Made by a program: the position numbers and the translations under genes
From: Pseudomonadota bacterium
GTDB lineage: Bacteria > Bdellovibrionota_B > Oligoflexia > Oligoflexales > RGVZ01
Length of the DNA: 30,642 bases
Assembly: GCA_041178085.1 (NCBI GenBank)
Contig: JBEGVZ010000118.1
Span: 1-30,642, forward strand
Direction of reading: 5' to 3'
Shown here: one piece after another, positions 19,002 through 27,587 of the stretch
Layout of the letters: every line of letters starts with the position of its first letter
How positions within the stretch are numbered: the first letter of the stretch is position 1
Notes under the pieces: generated by a model
What the model was told of the DNA's origin: nothing
What the model saw: only the letters and a program-made list of their open reading frames with translations
Databases searched by the model: none

Positions 19002-19985
19002 TCACATCGAAAGTTCGAGGTTCAAGTTGAGCGCCTGATGGGACGCTTCCTGGCGCAAATCGGGACGGCTCGCCGTCCACGACATCGACATCTTCGGTCC
19101 GACCAGGGCGATGCCCGCAGCCGCGGTCGTGCGCTCGTGTCCCGGCTGGGGATCCTTGCCTGCTGCGCCGAGTATCCTGAGGTAGTCAAAGACACGGACC
19201 GAGAAAGAACCCGTCAGCAGTTGCTCTGGTTCCTGTTCCAGCGCCAAAAGTTCCCGCCGCTGCCAGTCAAGATGAAGGCTCGCCTGGCCATTGAAGTAGA
19301 GGGTGGCGATGCCAGCACGGGTGTAACGAGGTGAGCTTTCCTTGACCTTGTCGTTCTGGAGTCCTTCAACCGATACGCCCACCCGCGTCGACGGGGTCAA
19401 AAGACCAACCACTCCGACGTTGAGGGCCGTGCCGCGGACCGCGCCGTCTAACTTGACACCACCAGAATCACGAAGTTCGGGATCCAAACCGCCGGACTCC
19501 GTCCATTGGCCAGATACTCCAAGGGCAAACATGCGGAATGTGTAAGCCGCACCAAGCGCAATGCGTCGCGACACGTAACGTCCGACGGGGGCGTTCTCCT
19601 CGGCCATGAATTTCGTATCCGACGGCGTCAAAAAACTGGTGTAAGAAACGCCTGCCGCAATCGGGCTGGTCTTGGAGTCAATCACGCCGACCTTGTAAAA
19701 GTCCCTGCCTGCGGCCGGCCAATGATAGCTGCCATCGACCGCATATTGCCGTTCCACCGACAACATCGCCGGGTTCAGCTTGAGGGACCCGGGACTCGTA
19801 AAAGCAACCGAACCGGCATTGGCAAAGGCCAAGCCCTGCCCACTAGCCACTTCGTACTCTTCAGGCAGAGCGACTGTGGCAACAGGATCGACAGCAAATG
19901 CTGTTGAGAATGGCCCGCACAGGGCGGCGGCGAATAGATAGCCGAGCCTGGTGCGGCACAAGTCGAAGGACCATCCTTGCGTCAC
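19002..19985 (-). CDS. Probable outer-membrane beta-barrel protein, FadL/PorV-like
   Basis: Signal peptide (STAFA), GLAFANAG...SLKLNPAML resembling the NPA hatch motif, and alternating hydrophobic beta-strands ending LNLNLELSM. Confidence 0.6.
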   Translation of the reverse strand: MTQGWSFDLCRTRLGYLFAAALCGPFSTAFAVDPVATVALPEEYEVASGQGLAFANAGSVAFTSPGSLKLNPAMLSVERQYAVDGSYHWPAAGRDFYKVGVIDSKTSPIAAGVSYTSFLTPSDTKFMAEENAPVGRYVSRRIALGAAYTFRMFALGVSGQWTESGGLDPELRDSGGVKLDGAVRGTALNVGVVGLLTPSTRVGVSVEGLQNDKVKESSPRYTRAGIATLYFNGQASLHLDWQRRELLALEQEPEQLLTGSFSVRVFDYLRILGAAGKDPQPGHERTTAAAGIALVGPKMSMSWTASRPDLRQEASHQALNLNLELSM

Positions 19986-20034
19986 GACACACCCCCGTTT
20001 TCTGGCCAGGCCGGACTCCTGAAAACGAAGCCGA

Positions 20035-20376
20035 TCACTTCGTGGCTGGTTTTTCCGGCGACTTGGTCAAGCCTATCACATTTGCCTTCATGACCTTAAA
20101 AGAGCTGCTCAACGACTCGATGGTGACAAAAGCATCCGCCACAGAGCGAACCCGGCCGACAATACCGCCGCTGGTGACCACTTCGTCGCCAACCTTGAGG
20201 CCATTGATAAGTTCGCTGTGCTCACGGGCACGCTTTTGCTGCGGCCGGATGATCATGATGTACATGACCAGCAGGAAGATCACTGGCAGGGCAAGGTTTT
20301 CGATCATGGATGGACCCTTGGGGGCCGCCGCAGCTGCCTGGGCGAATGCCGTGTCCACCAGACTGAATTGAAACAT
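20035..20376 (-). CDS. yajC: Preprotein translocase subunit YajC
   Basis: YIMIIRPQQKRAREH..LINGLKVGDEVVTSGGIVG signature, with a GGGAG SD. Confidence 0.97.
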   Translation of the reverse strand: MFQFSLVDTAFAQAAAAAPKGPSMIENLALPVIFLLVMYIMIIRPQQKRAREHSELINGLKVGDEVVTSGGIVGRVRSVADAFVTIESLSSSFKVMKANVIGLTKSPEKPATK

Positions 20377-20443
20377 GGATTATCTCCCAAAAAATCGTTG
20401 TGGAGCCTGTTTCCCGGGACTTGTTCCGCGGGCCGGGAGGTGC

Positions 20444-20472
20444 AACCTACCGGAGGTGTGGCCACCCCGCAA
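20444..20472 (-). promoter_or_regulatory. Putative sigma70 promoter of yajC
   Basis: Minus strand TTGCGG (20472-20467), 17 nt, TAGGTT (20449-20444). Confidence 0.5.
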
Positions 20473-20477
20473 GTCCC

Positions 20478-20506
20478 TTGGCGGAAGCGCTGCAACAGGC
20501 TAGTTT
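20478..20506 (+). promoter_or_regulatory. Putative sigma70 promoter of the helicase gene (leaderless geometry)
   Basis: TTGGCG (20478-20483), 17 nt, TAGTTT (20501-20506). ATG 20514 lies 7 nt downstream with no SD. Confidence 0.55.
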
Positions 20507-20513
20507 GGCGCCC

Positions 20514-22652
20514 ATGACAAACCAACGCCACAAAGTCGACCTGGCTCTTCTAAACCCGGAACAACGGGAGGCCGTCGAGCATTTTGACGGACCCATGCTG
20601 ATCCTGGCAGGCGCTGGCACCGGTAAAACCCGCGTGATTACTTTCCGGATGGCCTGGATGCTGGAGCGGGGAATCCCTGGCTCCGCCATCGCCGCCATGA
20701 CTTTCACCAACAAGGCCGCGCGGGAGATGGCAGAACGCATTGCCCACGTGGCAGGCCCGGGACATCAGCGCCAGCTGAAAGATCTTTCGGTCAGCACATT
20801 CCATAGTTTTTGCCTGAAAATATTAAGGCAACATGCCGAAACCGCAGGCGTTTCTCCACGATTTGGTATCGTTGACACGGGCGACCAGCTCGACCTTGTC
20901 ACCCGCGCCCTGAAAGAAAAAAACTGGATGGGTACCGTTCAGGTGGAAGAGCTCCACGCGGCGATCAGCCGCTGGAAAAATGACCTGCTAGGCCCCGAGG
21001 AGGTTCTTTCCGGCAAGGGCCAGCTTGCCGGGGGCTACGACCGCGAAATGTTCGCCCGGGTTTATGATCTTTACGAACGCCAGCTCAAGATCAACCGCGT
21101 CATCGACTTCGATGACTGCATCTTCAAGAGTTGGCGGCTTCTTCGAGAACACCCGGAAGTCCAGAAATCCCTTGCCGCCCGCTACCGCTATATCCTCGTT
21201 GACGAGTTCCAGGACACGAATTTTGCCCAGCTCAGCGTTCTTGGAATGATCGGCCGCCATCACAACAATGTTTGCGTCGTCGGGGATGACGACCAGTCGA
21301 TTTATAGCTGGCGCGGAGCCATGTACGAGACCCTCGATGAGTTTGAACGCATGTTCCCGGGAACAAAGCTCGTCAAACTGGAGCAAAACTACCGGTGCAG
21401 CAACGTCATCCTAGATGCCGCCAACAGCCTGATCCGCAACAATTCAAAGCGAAAAGACAAGAGCCTCTGGAGTGACTCGCCGACCCGGATCCCGATCCGG
21501 CTGGTGCCTCTTGACGGCGCGGAGTCCGAGGCCCGCTGGATTGCAGAGCAAGCGATGTCCCTTCTGGGCGGCGGAGCCCGGCTAAAGGACATGGCGGTTC
21601 TTTACCGGGCCAACGCCCAGTCACGCCCGGTGGAGATGGCCTTACGCGAAGCCGGGCTCAGAGCCAAAGTTTTTGGCGGAACTGGATTTTTCGAACGCAA
21701 GGAAGTGAAGGATTTCATCGCCTTCTTGAAACTGGTGGTCGACCCTGACGACCGGCTGGCGTTCTGGCGCGCGATCAGTGCCTGCCCGAGCGGCGTGGGG
21801 ATCAAGACCCTCGAGCGGGTCTCCTCCCTTGCAGAACAAGGCAACACCAGTCCGTTTCGTGCCGCTGAATCGGCTACCGCCGCAGAACTCGGCAGGATCG
21901 CAGGCGCCGTGACTGAATTTACCCAAAAAATCAGGGCTCTTTCGTCCCTTGCGCACAATGCTTCGGCCAGCAGCGTCGCCCAGTTTGGGGAAGAAATCAT
22001 TGCTTCGTTCAAGCTGATCGACGAGATCCTCCTGAACACGAAGGACGCGCAGGCACGACTTCGCAAAATCGAAATCCTGAAATCACTGCCAGGCTGGATC
22101 AGTAACGCCGCGCGGTCCGTCACCAATGCTGCCGGGAAATCCTTGGACGACCCACTCGACTGGCGAGAGGTTCTTGACCGCATCACCCTCTCGGGCGAAG
22201 ACGACCGCACCCGGGGAGAAGACGAATCAGGCCCGGAAGATAGCGTGTCCCTCATGACCATGCATGCCGCCAAGGGCCTTGAATTTCCGATCGTGTTTGT
22301 CGTGGGTCTTGAGGAAGAGCTTCTCCCCCACAAGAACAGCATCAACCTGGGTGAGCCGGGGATTGCTGAAGAGCGGCGGCTTTTTTACGTAGCACTGACC
22401 AGGGCAAAAGAAAGGCTCTTTCTCTCCTATGCTCTGGACCGGTCCTCCCGGATGGGCAGTTCACAGAGAAAACCTTCTCGCTTTCTCAAAGAGATTCCGG
22501 CCAATCTGCTTGCCGGAGAAGACGGGGAGGCAGGAAGTCTTGAAGGCATCACAGACGGTGCGGCCATTGCAAAAATGCGCGAAGAACTTCGTCGCAAAGA
22601 GACCATTGCAAAATTGGGCTCCCTCAGGTCAGCCCTTTTCCCGGGGCGTTAA
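20514..22652 (+). CDS. UvrD/Rep/PcrA family SF1 DNA helicase
   Basis: LNPEQ, LAGAGTGKT, TFTNKAA, VDEFQDTN, VGDDDQSIYSWRGA, LEQNYR, TMHAAKGLEF and EERRLFYVALTRA. Confidence 0.97.
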   Translation: MTNQRHKVDLALLNPEQREAVEHFDGPMLILAGAGTGKTRVITFRMAWMLERGIPGSAIAAMTFTNKAAREMAERIAHVAGPGHQRQLKDLSVSTFHSFCLKILRQHAETAGVSPRFGIVDTGDQLDLVTRALKEKNWMGTVQVEELHAAISRWKNDLLGPEEVLSGKGQLAGGYDREMFARVYDLYERQLKINRVIDFDDCIFKSWRLLREHPEVQKSLAARYRYILVDEFQDTNFAQLSVLGMIGRHHNNVCVVGDDDQSIYSWRGAMYETLDEFERMFPGTKLVKLEQNYRCSNVILDAANSLIRNNSKRKDKSLWSDSPTRIPIRLVPLDGAESEARWIAEQAMSLLGGGARLKDMAVLYRANAQSRPVEMALREAGLRAKVFGGTGFFERKEVKDFIAFLKLVVDPDDRLAFWRAISACPSGVGIKTLERVSSLAEQGNTSPFRAAESATAAELGRIAGAVTEFTQKIRALSSLAHNASASSVAQFGEEIIASFKLIDEILLNTKDAQARLRKIEILKSLPGWISNAARSVTNAAGKSLDDPLDWREVLDRITLSGEDDRTRGEDESGPEDSVSLMTMHAAKGLEFPIVFVVGLEEELLPHKNSINLGEPGIAEERRLFYVALTRAKERLFLSYALDRSSRMGSSQRKPSRFLKEIPANLLAGEDGEAGSLEGITDGAAIAKMREELRRKETIAKLGSLRSALFPGR

Positions 22653-22657
22653 ACCTG

Positions 22658-23590
22658 TCAGGGCAGGTCGATGGAATAAATTGGCTTGGTGAAGGCCGGG
22701 GCCAGCTTCAGGCGTACAATTTCTGCGGCGACCGCGGGATCTGGTTTTTTTGACACTGCCTCGTAAACAAGTTGCCCGAGTCCCACGAGGTTGAGCGTAG
22801 CGCTTGCCGGGTCCAGCACCATAACGAGCTTCTGGGGGATTTCCCATTCCTTTGGGATTTCGTAGTGATAACGGCTGAGGGAAATCCTGTTTCCCTTGAT
22901 CGCCAGGGTGAAGGGACGTTGATCGAGGGCATTGGACGGCCGGACCAGGAAATCAAAATCCAACAACAGGAAATCATGCTGGACCAGCGACAGTTGCTGC
23001 CATCCGAATCCATCTGGACTCATCTCTTCGATGGCCTTCGCCAAAATCACTTTGGTGTAGGCATCGCCGCGAACCTCGGCGCGCCACTTGCCGTCGGCCA
23101 ATCGCCGGAGAATTGCGCTTGATTTGCCGGATTTTTGCAACTCGTAAAGTTTCAGCGGAATATCAATTCTGGACTGAAAATCTTCGGCGAAATCCTGAAC
23201 GGGGCCGTGGGAGCTTGCGTCCCGCTGCAGGCTTTCCGCTCCCGTCAGAACGCCTTGGCTTGCCGTTGGCGCCGACTCGCCCATGACATCACGCACACCA
23301 ACAAGGTCCGCATAGGTCATCGTTCCAAACCCATGAACTTTGCGCCCGCCGCCGGGCGCACGCGCAACCCTGGCCTTCCGGACCGAGGCTGGCCCCGAAG
23401 GTCGCGCGGCGGCGACTTTGATCCGGACTTTCGTGCTGCGTGAATGATCGGTCTGGGCCTCGGCCAGATCCGACGCGTCATCACGGAAGGGAGGAAAAAA
23501 GAGAAGCACCAAATGGAGCGCGACAGACGCAAAGACAGCGGCCCATCGAATGGCCCTTGAATCCATGCTCATGCGCACTCTGCGAAGCAT
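22658..23590 (-). CDS. Hypothetical membrane-anchored protein, TonB/TolA-like
   Basis: N-terminal TM with SVALH (SxxxH) and a low-complexity linker. RIDIP.......SG.......ADGK resembles the start of a TonB C-terminal domain. It abuts the rpoH stop. Confidence 0.55.
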   Translation of the reverse strand: MLRRVRMSMDSRAIRWAAVFASVALHLVLLFFPPFRDDASDLAEAQTDHSRSTKVRIKVAAARPSGPASVRKARVARAPGGGRKVHGFGTMTYADLVGVRDVMGESAPTASQGVLTGAESLQRDASSHGPVQDFAEDFQSRIDIPLKLYELQKSGKSSAILRRLADGKWRAEVRGDAYTKVILAKAIEEMSPDGFGWQQLSLVQHDFLLLDFDFLVRPSNALDQRPFTLAIKGNRISLSRYHYEIPKEWEIPQKLVMVLDPASATLNLVGLGQLVYEAVSKKPDPAVAAEIVRLKLAPAFTKPIYSIDLP

Positions 23591-24439
23591 TCAGGTCAGG
23601 CCCTTCTCACGGACGAATTCTTTAAGCTTCTGCATGACCCGCGCCTCGATCTGACGCGCGCGCTCCCGGGTGACACCGTAACGATCGCCAAATTCCTGCA
23701 GGGTCATTGGCTGGACACTCAGCAAGCGGTCCTCGAAAAGCTCAAGGTCCCGGCCGGTCAGACGTTTTTTAAATTCCTCGAGGTGCTTTTTGAAGATCGC
23801 CTGGACTTCCTTGCGGGCAAGAACGTCTTCGAAGCTTTCTTCCTGAGCGGCAAACTGGGACCCCTTGGTCACATCAGAATCCTCGGACAACGGCTCGTCC
23901 AGTGACATGTCAGGACCGGAGAGCCGCTGCTGCATTTCGATCACGTCTTTTTCCCGGACGTTCAGATTGCTAGCGAGCAATTTGGTATCGACATGATCGT
24001 ATTCCGCCAGGAGTTTTTCTGCTTCCTTGCGCAGATTGAAAAAAAGCTTCCGCTGGGCGGCGGTAGTCCCCATTTTCACAAGGCTTTTGTTGTCCATCAG
24101 GTATTTGAGAATGTAGGCCCGGATCCACCAGGCGGCGTAAGTCGACAGCTTGACCCCTTTGTAGGGGTTGTAACGCTTGACGGCCTGCATCAGGCCAAAG
24201 TTACCCTCTTGGATGAGGTCCAGCATATTTTCCTGTGCCCGCCTGAAATCACTGGCAATTTTGACAACCAGGCGGAGGTTTGACGTGATCAGGCGGTGGG
24301 CGGCATGCAGATCCCCCTCCTCAAACTGGCGGACCGCAAGTTCGTATTCTTCAGCGGGGTCCAGAAGGGGGTGCTTTGCAACCTCTTGCAGATAGAGCTG
24401 TAACGGTGAGACATTGGCTGGAAGTGCGCGGTTTGTCAC
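23591..24439 (-). CDS. rpoH: RNA polymerase sigma factor RpoH (sigma32 family)
   Basis: SNLRLVVKIA, DLIQEGNFGLM, STYAAWWIRA, the RpoH box QRKLFFNLR, and VTRERARQIE. GTG 24439 chosen for its GAGG SD; ATG 24475 is an alternative. Confidence 0.92.
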   Translation of the reverse strand: MTNRALPANVSPLQLYLQEVAKHPLLDPAEEYELAVRQFEEGDLHAAHRLITSNLRLVVKIASDFRRAQENMLDLIQEGNFGLMQAVKRYNPYKGVKLSTYAAWWIRAYILKYLMDNKSLVKMGTTAAQRKLFFNLRKEAEKLLAEYDHVDTKLLASNLNVREKDVIEMQQRLSGPDMSLDEPLSEDSDVTKGSQFAAQEESFEDVLARKEVQAIFKKHLEEFKKRLTGRDLELFEDRLLSVQPMTLQEFGDRYGVTRERARQIEARVMQKLKEFVREKGLT

Positions 24440-24464
24440 CGGAAAAGCCTCGAAAGAAGGGTTT

Positions 24465-25397
24465 ATGCCAGGCATCGGGATCGTAACAAATCCACATTCC
24501 AAACTGAACAAACGAAATCCCGAACGCCACAAGGTGCTGGGATACATCCTCGGTCAGCGCGGTCAACTTGCTGTTACCCACTCACTCGACGAGTTGCAGT
24601 CAGTTGCCTTGGAATTCAAGGAAAAGCAAGTGGACGTCCTGGCCATCAACGGCGGGGACGGCACAATCAGTCTGACGCTCACAGCTTTTATAAGGGCTTA
24701 CGGGGAACAGCCCCTGCCAAGGATTGCCATACTGGGTGGAGGCACAATCAATGTCCTGCGCACGAACCTTGGCATCCGGGGCCGGCCGGAAGACGTGCTC
24801 TTTCGGCTGGTTGAACTCCACAGCGCCGGAGGCGAATTCCCTGTGCGCAAGGTTCCGACTCTTGAGGTGGACGGCAATTACGGCTTTCTTTTTGGTGACG
24901 GCGTCGCAGCAAACTTCCTTGAGCTTTTTTACAAGAACAAGACAAACGCTCTTGGATCTGTCCTGTTGCTCCTGAAGTTGTGCGCGGCCTCCATCTTTGA
25001 CCGGGAGTTTTTCAGGTCCGTTATCAACAATCGAAACTATCATCTGCGACCGGCAGGCGGGCGACCCCTGAATGAAGATGCCCTCTCTGTCATGTGTTCC
25101 ACCCTTCGCCTGGGTCCAATGGGAATTCCCTATTTCAACCTTTTGGCCGGGAATCCTGATAAGATGGAATGCATCAGCTTCCAGATTGAACCCTCGAAGT
25201 TCCTTTGGCAGCTACCCGTCATGGTCGCAGGGGCTGTTTCTGGAATGAACCTTTGGCAAAAGCGGATCTGCGCCCCCTCGGTAGAGATTGAAGCCGATTC
25301 TGGTCGGCCGTACACGATCGACGGAGAACTGTTCAAAGCTGCGGGCGAAACGATCACTGTAAACATGGGGCCACGACTTGAGTTTGTCACCATCTGA
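24465..25397 (+). CDS. Diacylglycerol/lipid kinase family protein
   Basis: IVTNPHS, GGDGT, GGTINVL and YTIDGE motifs, with a GAAGG SD before ATG 24465. Confidence 0.9.
   Translation: MPGIGIVTNPHSKLNKRNPERHKVLGYILGQRGQLAVTHSLDELQSVALEFKEKQVDVLAINGGDGTISLTLTAFIRAYGEQPLPRIAILGGGTINVLRTNLGIRGRPEDVLFRLVELHSAGGEFPVRKVPTLEVDGNYGFLFGDGVAANFLELFYKNKTNALGSVLLLLKLCAASIFDREFFRSVINNRNYHLRPAGGRPLNEDALSVMCSTLRLGPMGIPYFNLLAGNPDKMECISFQIEPSKFLWQLPVMVAGAVSGMNLWQKRICAPSVEIEADSGRPYTIDGELFKAAGETITVNMGPRLEFVTI
24480..24508 (-). promoter_or_regulatory. Putative extended -10 sigma70 promoter of rpoH, inside the DAGK coding sequence
   Basis: Minus strand TTCAGT, 17 nt, TACGAT, with a TGn extension (TGtTACGAT). Confidence 0.45.
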
Positions 25398-25440
25398 ACT
25401 GACTGCGGATATCGCGCAAATCAATGACAAGGGACGATTC

Positions 25441-26508
25441 ATGCTGCCCAACCCGGTACCCTCCGGCGCGCTGCCACCTCCCACGCCGGAAGAGATCAAG
25501 AGTGCGCTTGCAATCAAGACCGTTACCATCGAATGGCTCGCGGGGGACGGTTCTGACCGCAGCTATTACCGGATACGCTCCCCTGAGCTGCAAAAGCCAG
25601 TGGTGTTGATGCAACTTTCAGGAAACGACGCGCGCGCTCTGCAAGCAGGCCGCTATGACTGGCTGGAAGTTGCTTCGATCCTGACGGTTCACGGCATCCG
25701 GGTGCCGCGCCTTGTGAAGTCGATGCCGGACCAGGCAGCCCTTGTGATCGAGGACTACGGCAACATCATGCTGGAAACCCGGGCTCATGAGATGCTCAGC
25801 CAGGGGGAACAAGCCCGCGTTGAAGATCTTTACCGGGAGGCGGGCGACGTCCTGGTCAAATTCCTCGAAATTAAAGTCCCGGCCAACATCCGGGAGGAGC
25901 GCCCGGTTTGGACTCAGCGGGCTTTTGACTTGGACCGATTTGAGTGGGAACTGAACTTCTTCTGCAAGAAATTCCTTGAGCCCGTCGCAAGGATCAAGCT
26001 CTCAGAAGATCAGTCCGCCCTGATGCAACAAGAAATTGCGCAGATTTCGCGGACACTGGCTACCCTCCCTCAACACTTTGTGCACAGGGATTTTCACTCG
26101 CGAAACATCATGGTGGACGATGCCCGCCTTGCCGTCATCGATTTCCAGGACGCGCGCCTTGGGCCCGCGGCCTACGATGCTGTTTCCCTTTTCTTTGATT
26201 CTTATGTGCCGTTTCCAGCTGAGTCGCGCCGACGGATGTTCGCCGGATTTCTAGACCTCGTCGGGTCAAGGCTTGGCCCTGGGCTTCGTCTTGAGATCGA
26301 GCAACAATGGCGCGCCGTTCTGCTCCAGCGACAGCTCAAGGCGATTGGCAGTTTTGGTTATCTGACAATCGACAAGAACAAAGGCAATTACCTCCGGTAC
26401 GTCAAGCCAGCACTTGCGACACTCAAGTCCGCTGGCGTCAGTGACCCGCGCTGGCCGTTCCTGTCGGGCGAATTGATCGAGATGATCGACAACGCCCTCG
26501 GAGGTTGA
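25441..26508 (+). CDS. amgK: Aminoglycoside phosphotransferase-family kinase, AmgK-like anomeric MurNAc/GlcNAc kinase
   Basis: LAGDGSDRSYYR, EDYG, HRDFHSRNIM, IDFQDARLGP..YD.VSL and QRQLKAIGSFGYL. It is followed by a nucleotidyltransferase gene. Confidence 0.82.
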   Translation: MLPNPVPSGALPPPTPEEIKSALAIKTVTIEWLAGDGSDRSYYRIRSPELQKPVVLMQLSGNDARALQAGRYDWLEVASILTVHGIRVPRLVKSMPDQAALVIEDYGNIMLETRAHEMLSQGEQARVEDLYREAGDVLVKFLEIKVPANIREERPVWTQRAFDLDRFEWELNFFCKKFLEPVARIKLSEDQSALMQQEIAQISRTLATLPQHFVHRDFHSRNIMVDDARLAVIDFQDARLGPAAYDAVSLFFDSYVPFPAESRRRMFAGFLDLVGSRLGPGLRLEIEQQWRAVLLQRQLKAIGSFGYLTIDKNKGNYLRYVKPALATLKSAGVSDPRWPFLSGELIEMIDNALGG

Positions 26509-27587
26509 TCCTGGGCGACACGACAAACACTTGTGGTTTCGTCCTGGCGGCTGGTTTCGGGACACGGCTTCGTCCCATCACGGACGTCATCCCTAAACCC
26601 CTGGTGCCATTTTTCGGGGTCCCGCTGCTGGACTTGGCGCTGTTCCGGCTGAAATCCACCGGAATCGTAGACATCGCGGCCAACGCCCACTACCTGGCCG
26701 GAAAGATCGCGGAGCATCTTGAGCAAAGCCCCTGGGGGCGAAGGGTCCACCTTTCGATCGAAGACGGCGAGATCCTCGGAAGAGGCGGCGCCTACATCCC
26801 GCTGCGTACCTGGTTTGGCAACAGGACCATCGTCGCCTACAACGGCGACGTTATCAGTGACATCGACGTTTCGGCCGCCTTGGAAGAACACCGCCGGAGC
26901 GGTGCCGTGGCGACCATGGTGGTTCTTCCTGCTCCACTCGGTCGGGATAATGCTGTCTTTTGCGATCCTTCGGGCCGCGTTGGCGCCATTGCCAAGGCCG
27001 CCCCTGACGGGAGCGGGAAATGGACGGCCCGCGGTTTTGCCTGTCTGCAAATCCTGGAGCCGGAATTTCTCGACCTTCTACCCCAAGCAGGTCCCTCTGA
27101 CATCCTCGGTGCCTACGACCTTGCGATCGCTCGCGGGCTCCGCGTAAGTAGCCATGTTCATGACGGTTTCTGGCATGACCTCGGCAGCCCGGCGCAGCTT
27201 TACACGGCCCACCGCGAAGTTCTCGAGCTGCCCGGGGATGAGGCTCAAAAGCTTTTAAACCGGGTTGGGGTCATTGAATTTGCCAGGGCCTCGGGCGGCG
27301 AGGTGATTTTCGTGCCGCGAGGCCGCGACTGGCAGGATCCGGGTGGCCTTCTCACCATGACGGGACCTGCATGCCTCACAGGAAGCGCCGCATGCGCCGT
27401 TAAACCCTGGGCAGCCGCACTCCCGTCAAAGCTCCACCTTGGACCACTCGTAGTTGCCGAAGCCGGCTTCCATGCCGGGCCCGCATCCAAATTTACTGAA
27501 GCACTGGTAATGAGAAGTGCCCGGATCGACCAGTCACCTAGTCACAAACCAACTGTATATGATCACAACCACGTGATCACACTGTGA
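26505..27587 (+). CDS. Sugar-phosphate nucleotidyltransferase, MurU-like, with C-terminal extension
   Basis: LAAGFGTRLRPIT..IPKPL, NAHYL, YNGD and WHDLGSP motifs. TTGA overlap with the amgK-like gene. Confidence 0.85.
   Translation: MILGDTTNTCGFVLAAGFGTRLRPITDVIPKPLVPFFGVPLLDLALFRLKSTGIVDIAANAHYLAGKIAEHLEQSPWGRRVHLSIEDGEILGRGGAYIPLRTWFGNRTIVAYNGDVISDIDVSAALEEHRRSGAVATMVVLPAPLGRDNAVFCDPSGRVGAIAKAAPDGSGKWTARGFACLQILEPEFLDLLPQAGPSDILGAYDLAIARGLRVSSHVHDGFWHDLGSPAQLYTAHREVLELPGDEAQKLLNRVGVIEFARASGGEVIFVPRGRDWQDPGGLLTMTGPACLTGSAACAVKPWAAALPSKLHLGPLVVAEAGFHAGPASKFTEALVMRSARIDQSPSHKPTVYDHNHVITL

Noticed and set aside
18558..19334. 258-aa plus-strand ORF spanning the M16 and barrel genes (similarly 21602-22345 and 26388-27050)
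   Set aside because: These lie antisense to well-supported genes and have no recognisable domains.
20408..20423. TGTTTCCCGGGACTTG as a parS or Noc-binding site
   Set aside because: The right arm does not match and the palindrome is incomplete. It occurs in a single copy.
24488..24496. AAATCCACA as a DnaA box in the putative rpoH promoter
   Set aside because: It has two mismatches, occurs once, and is explained by the conserved NPH codons of the DAGK gene.
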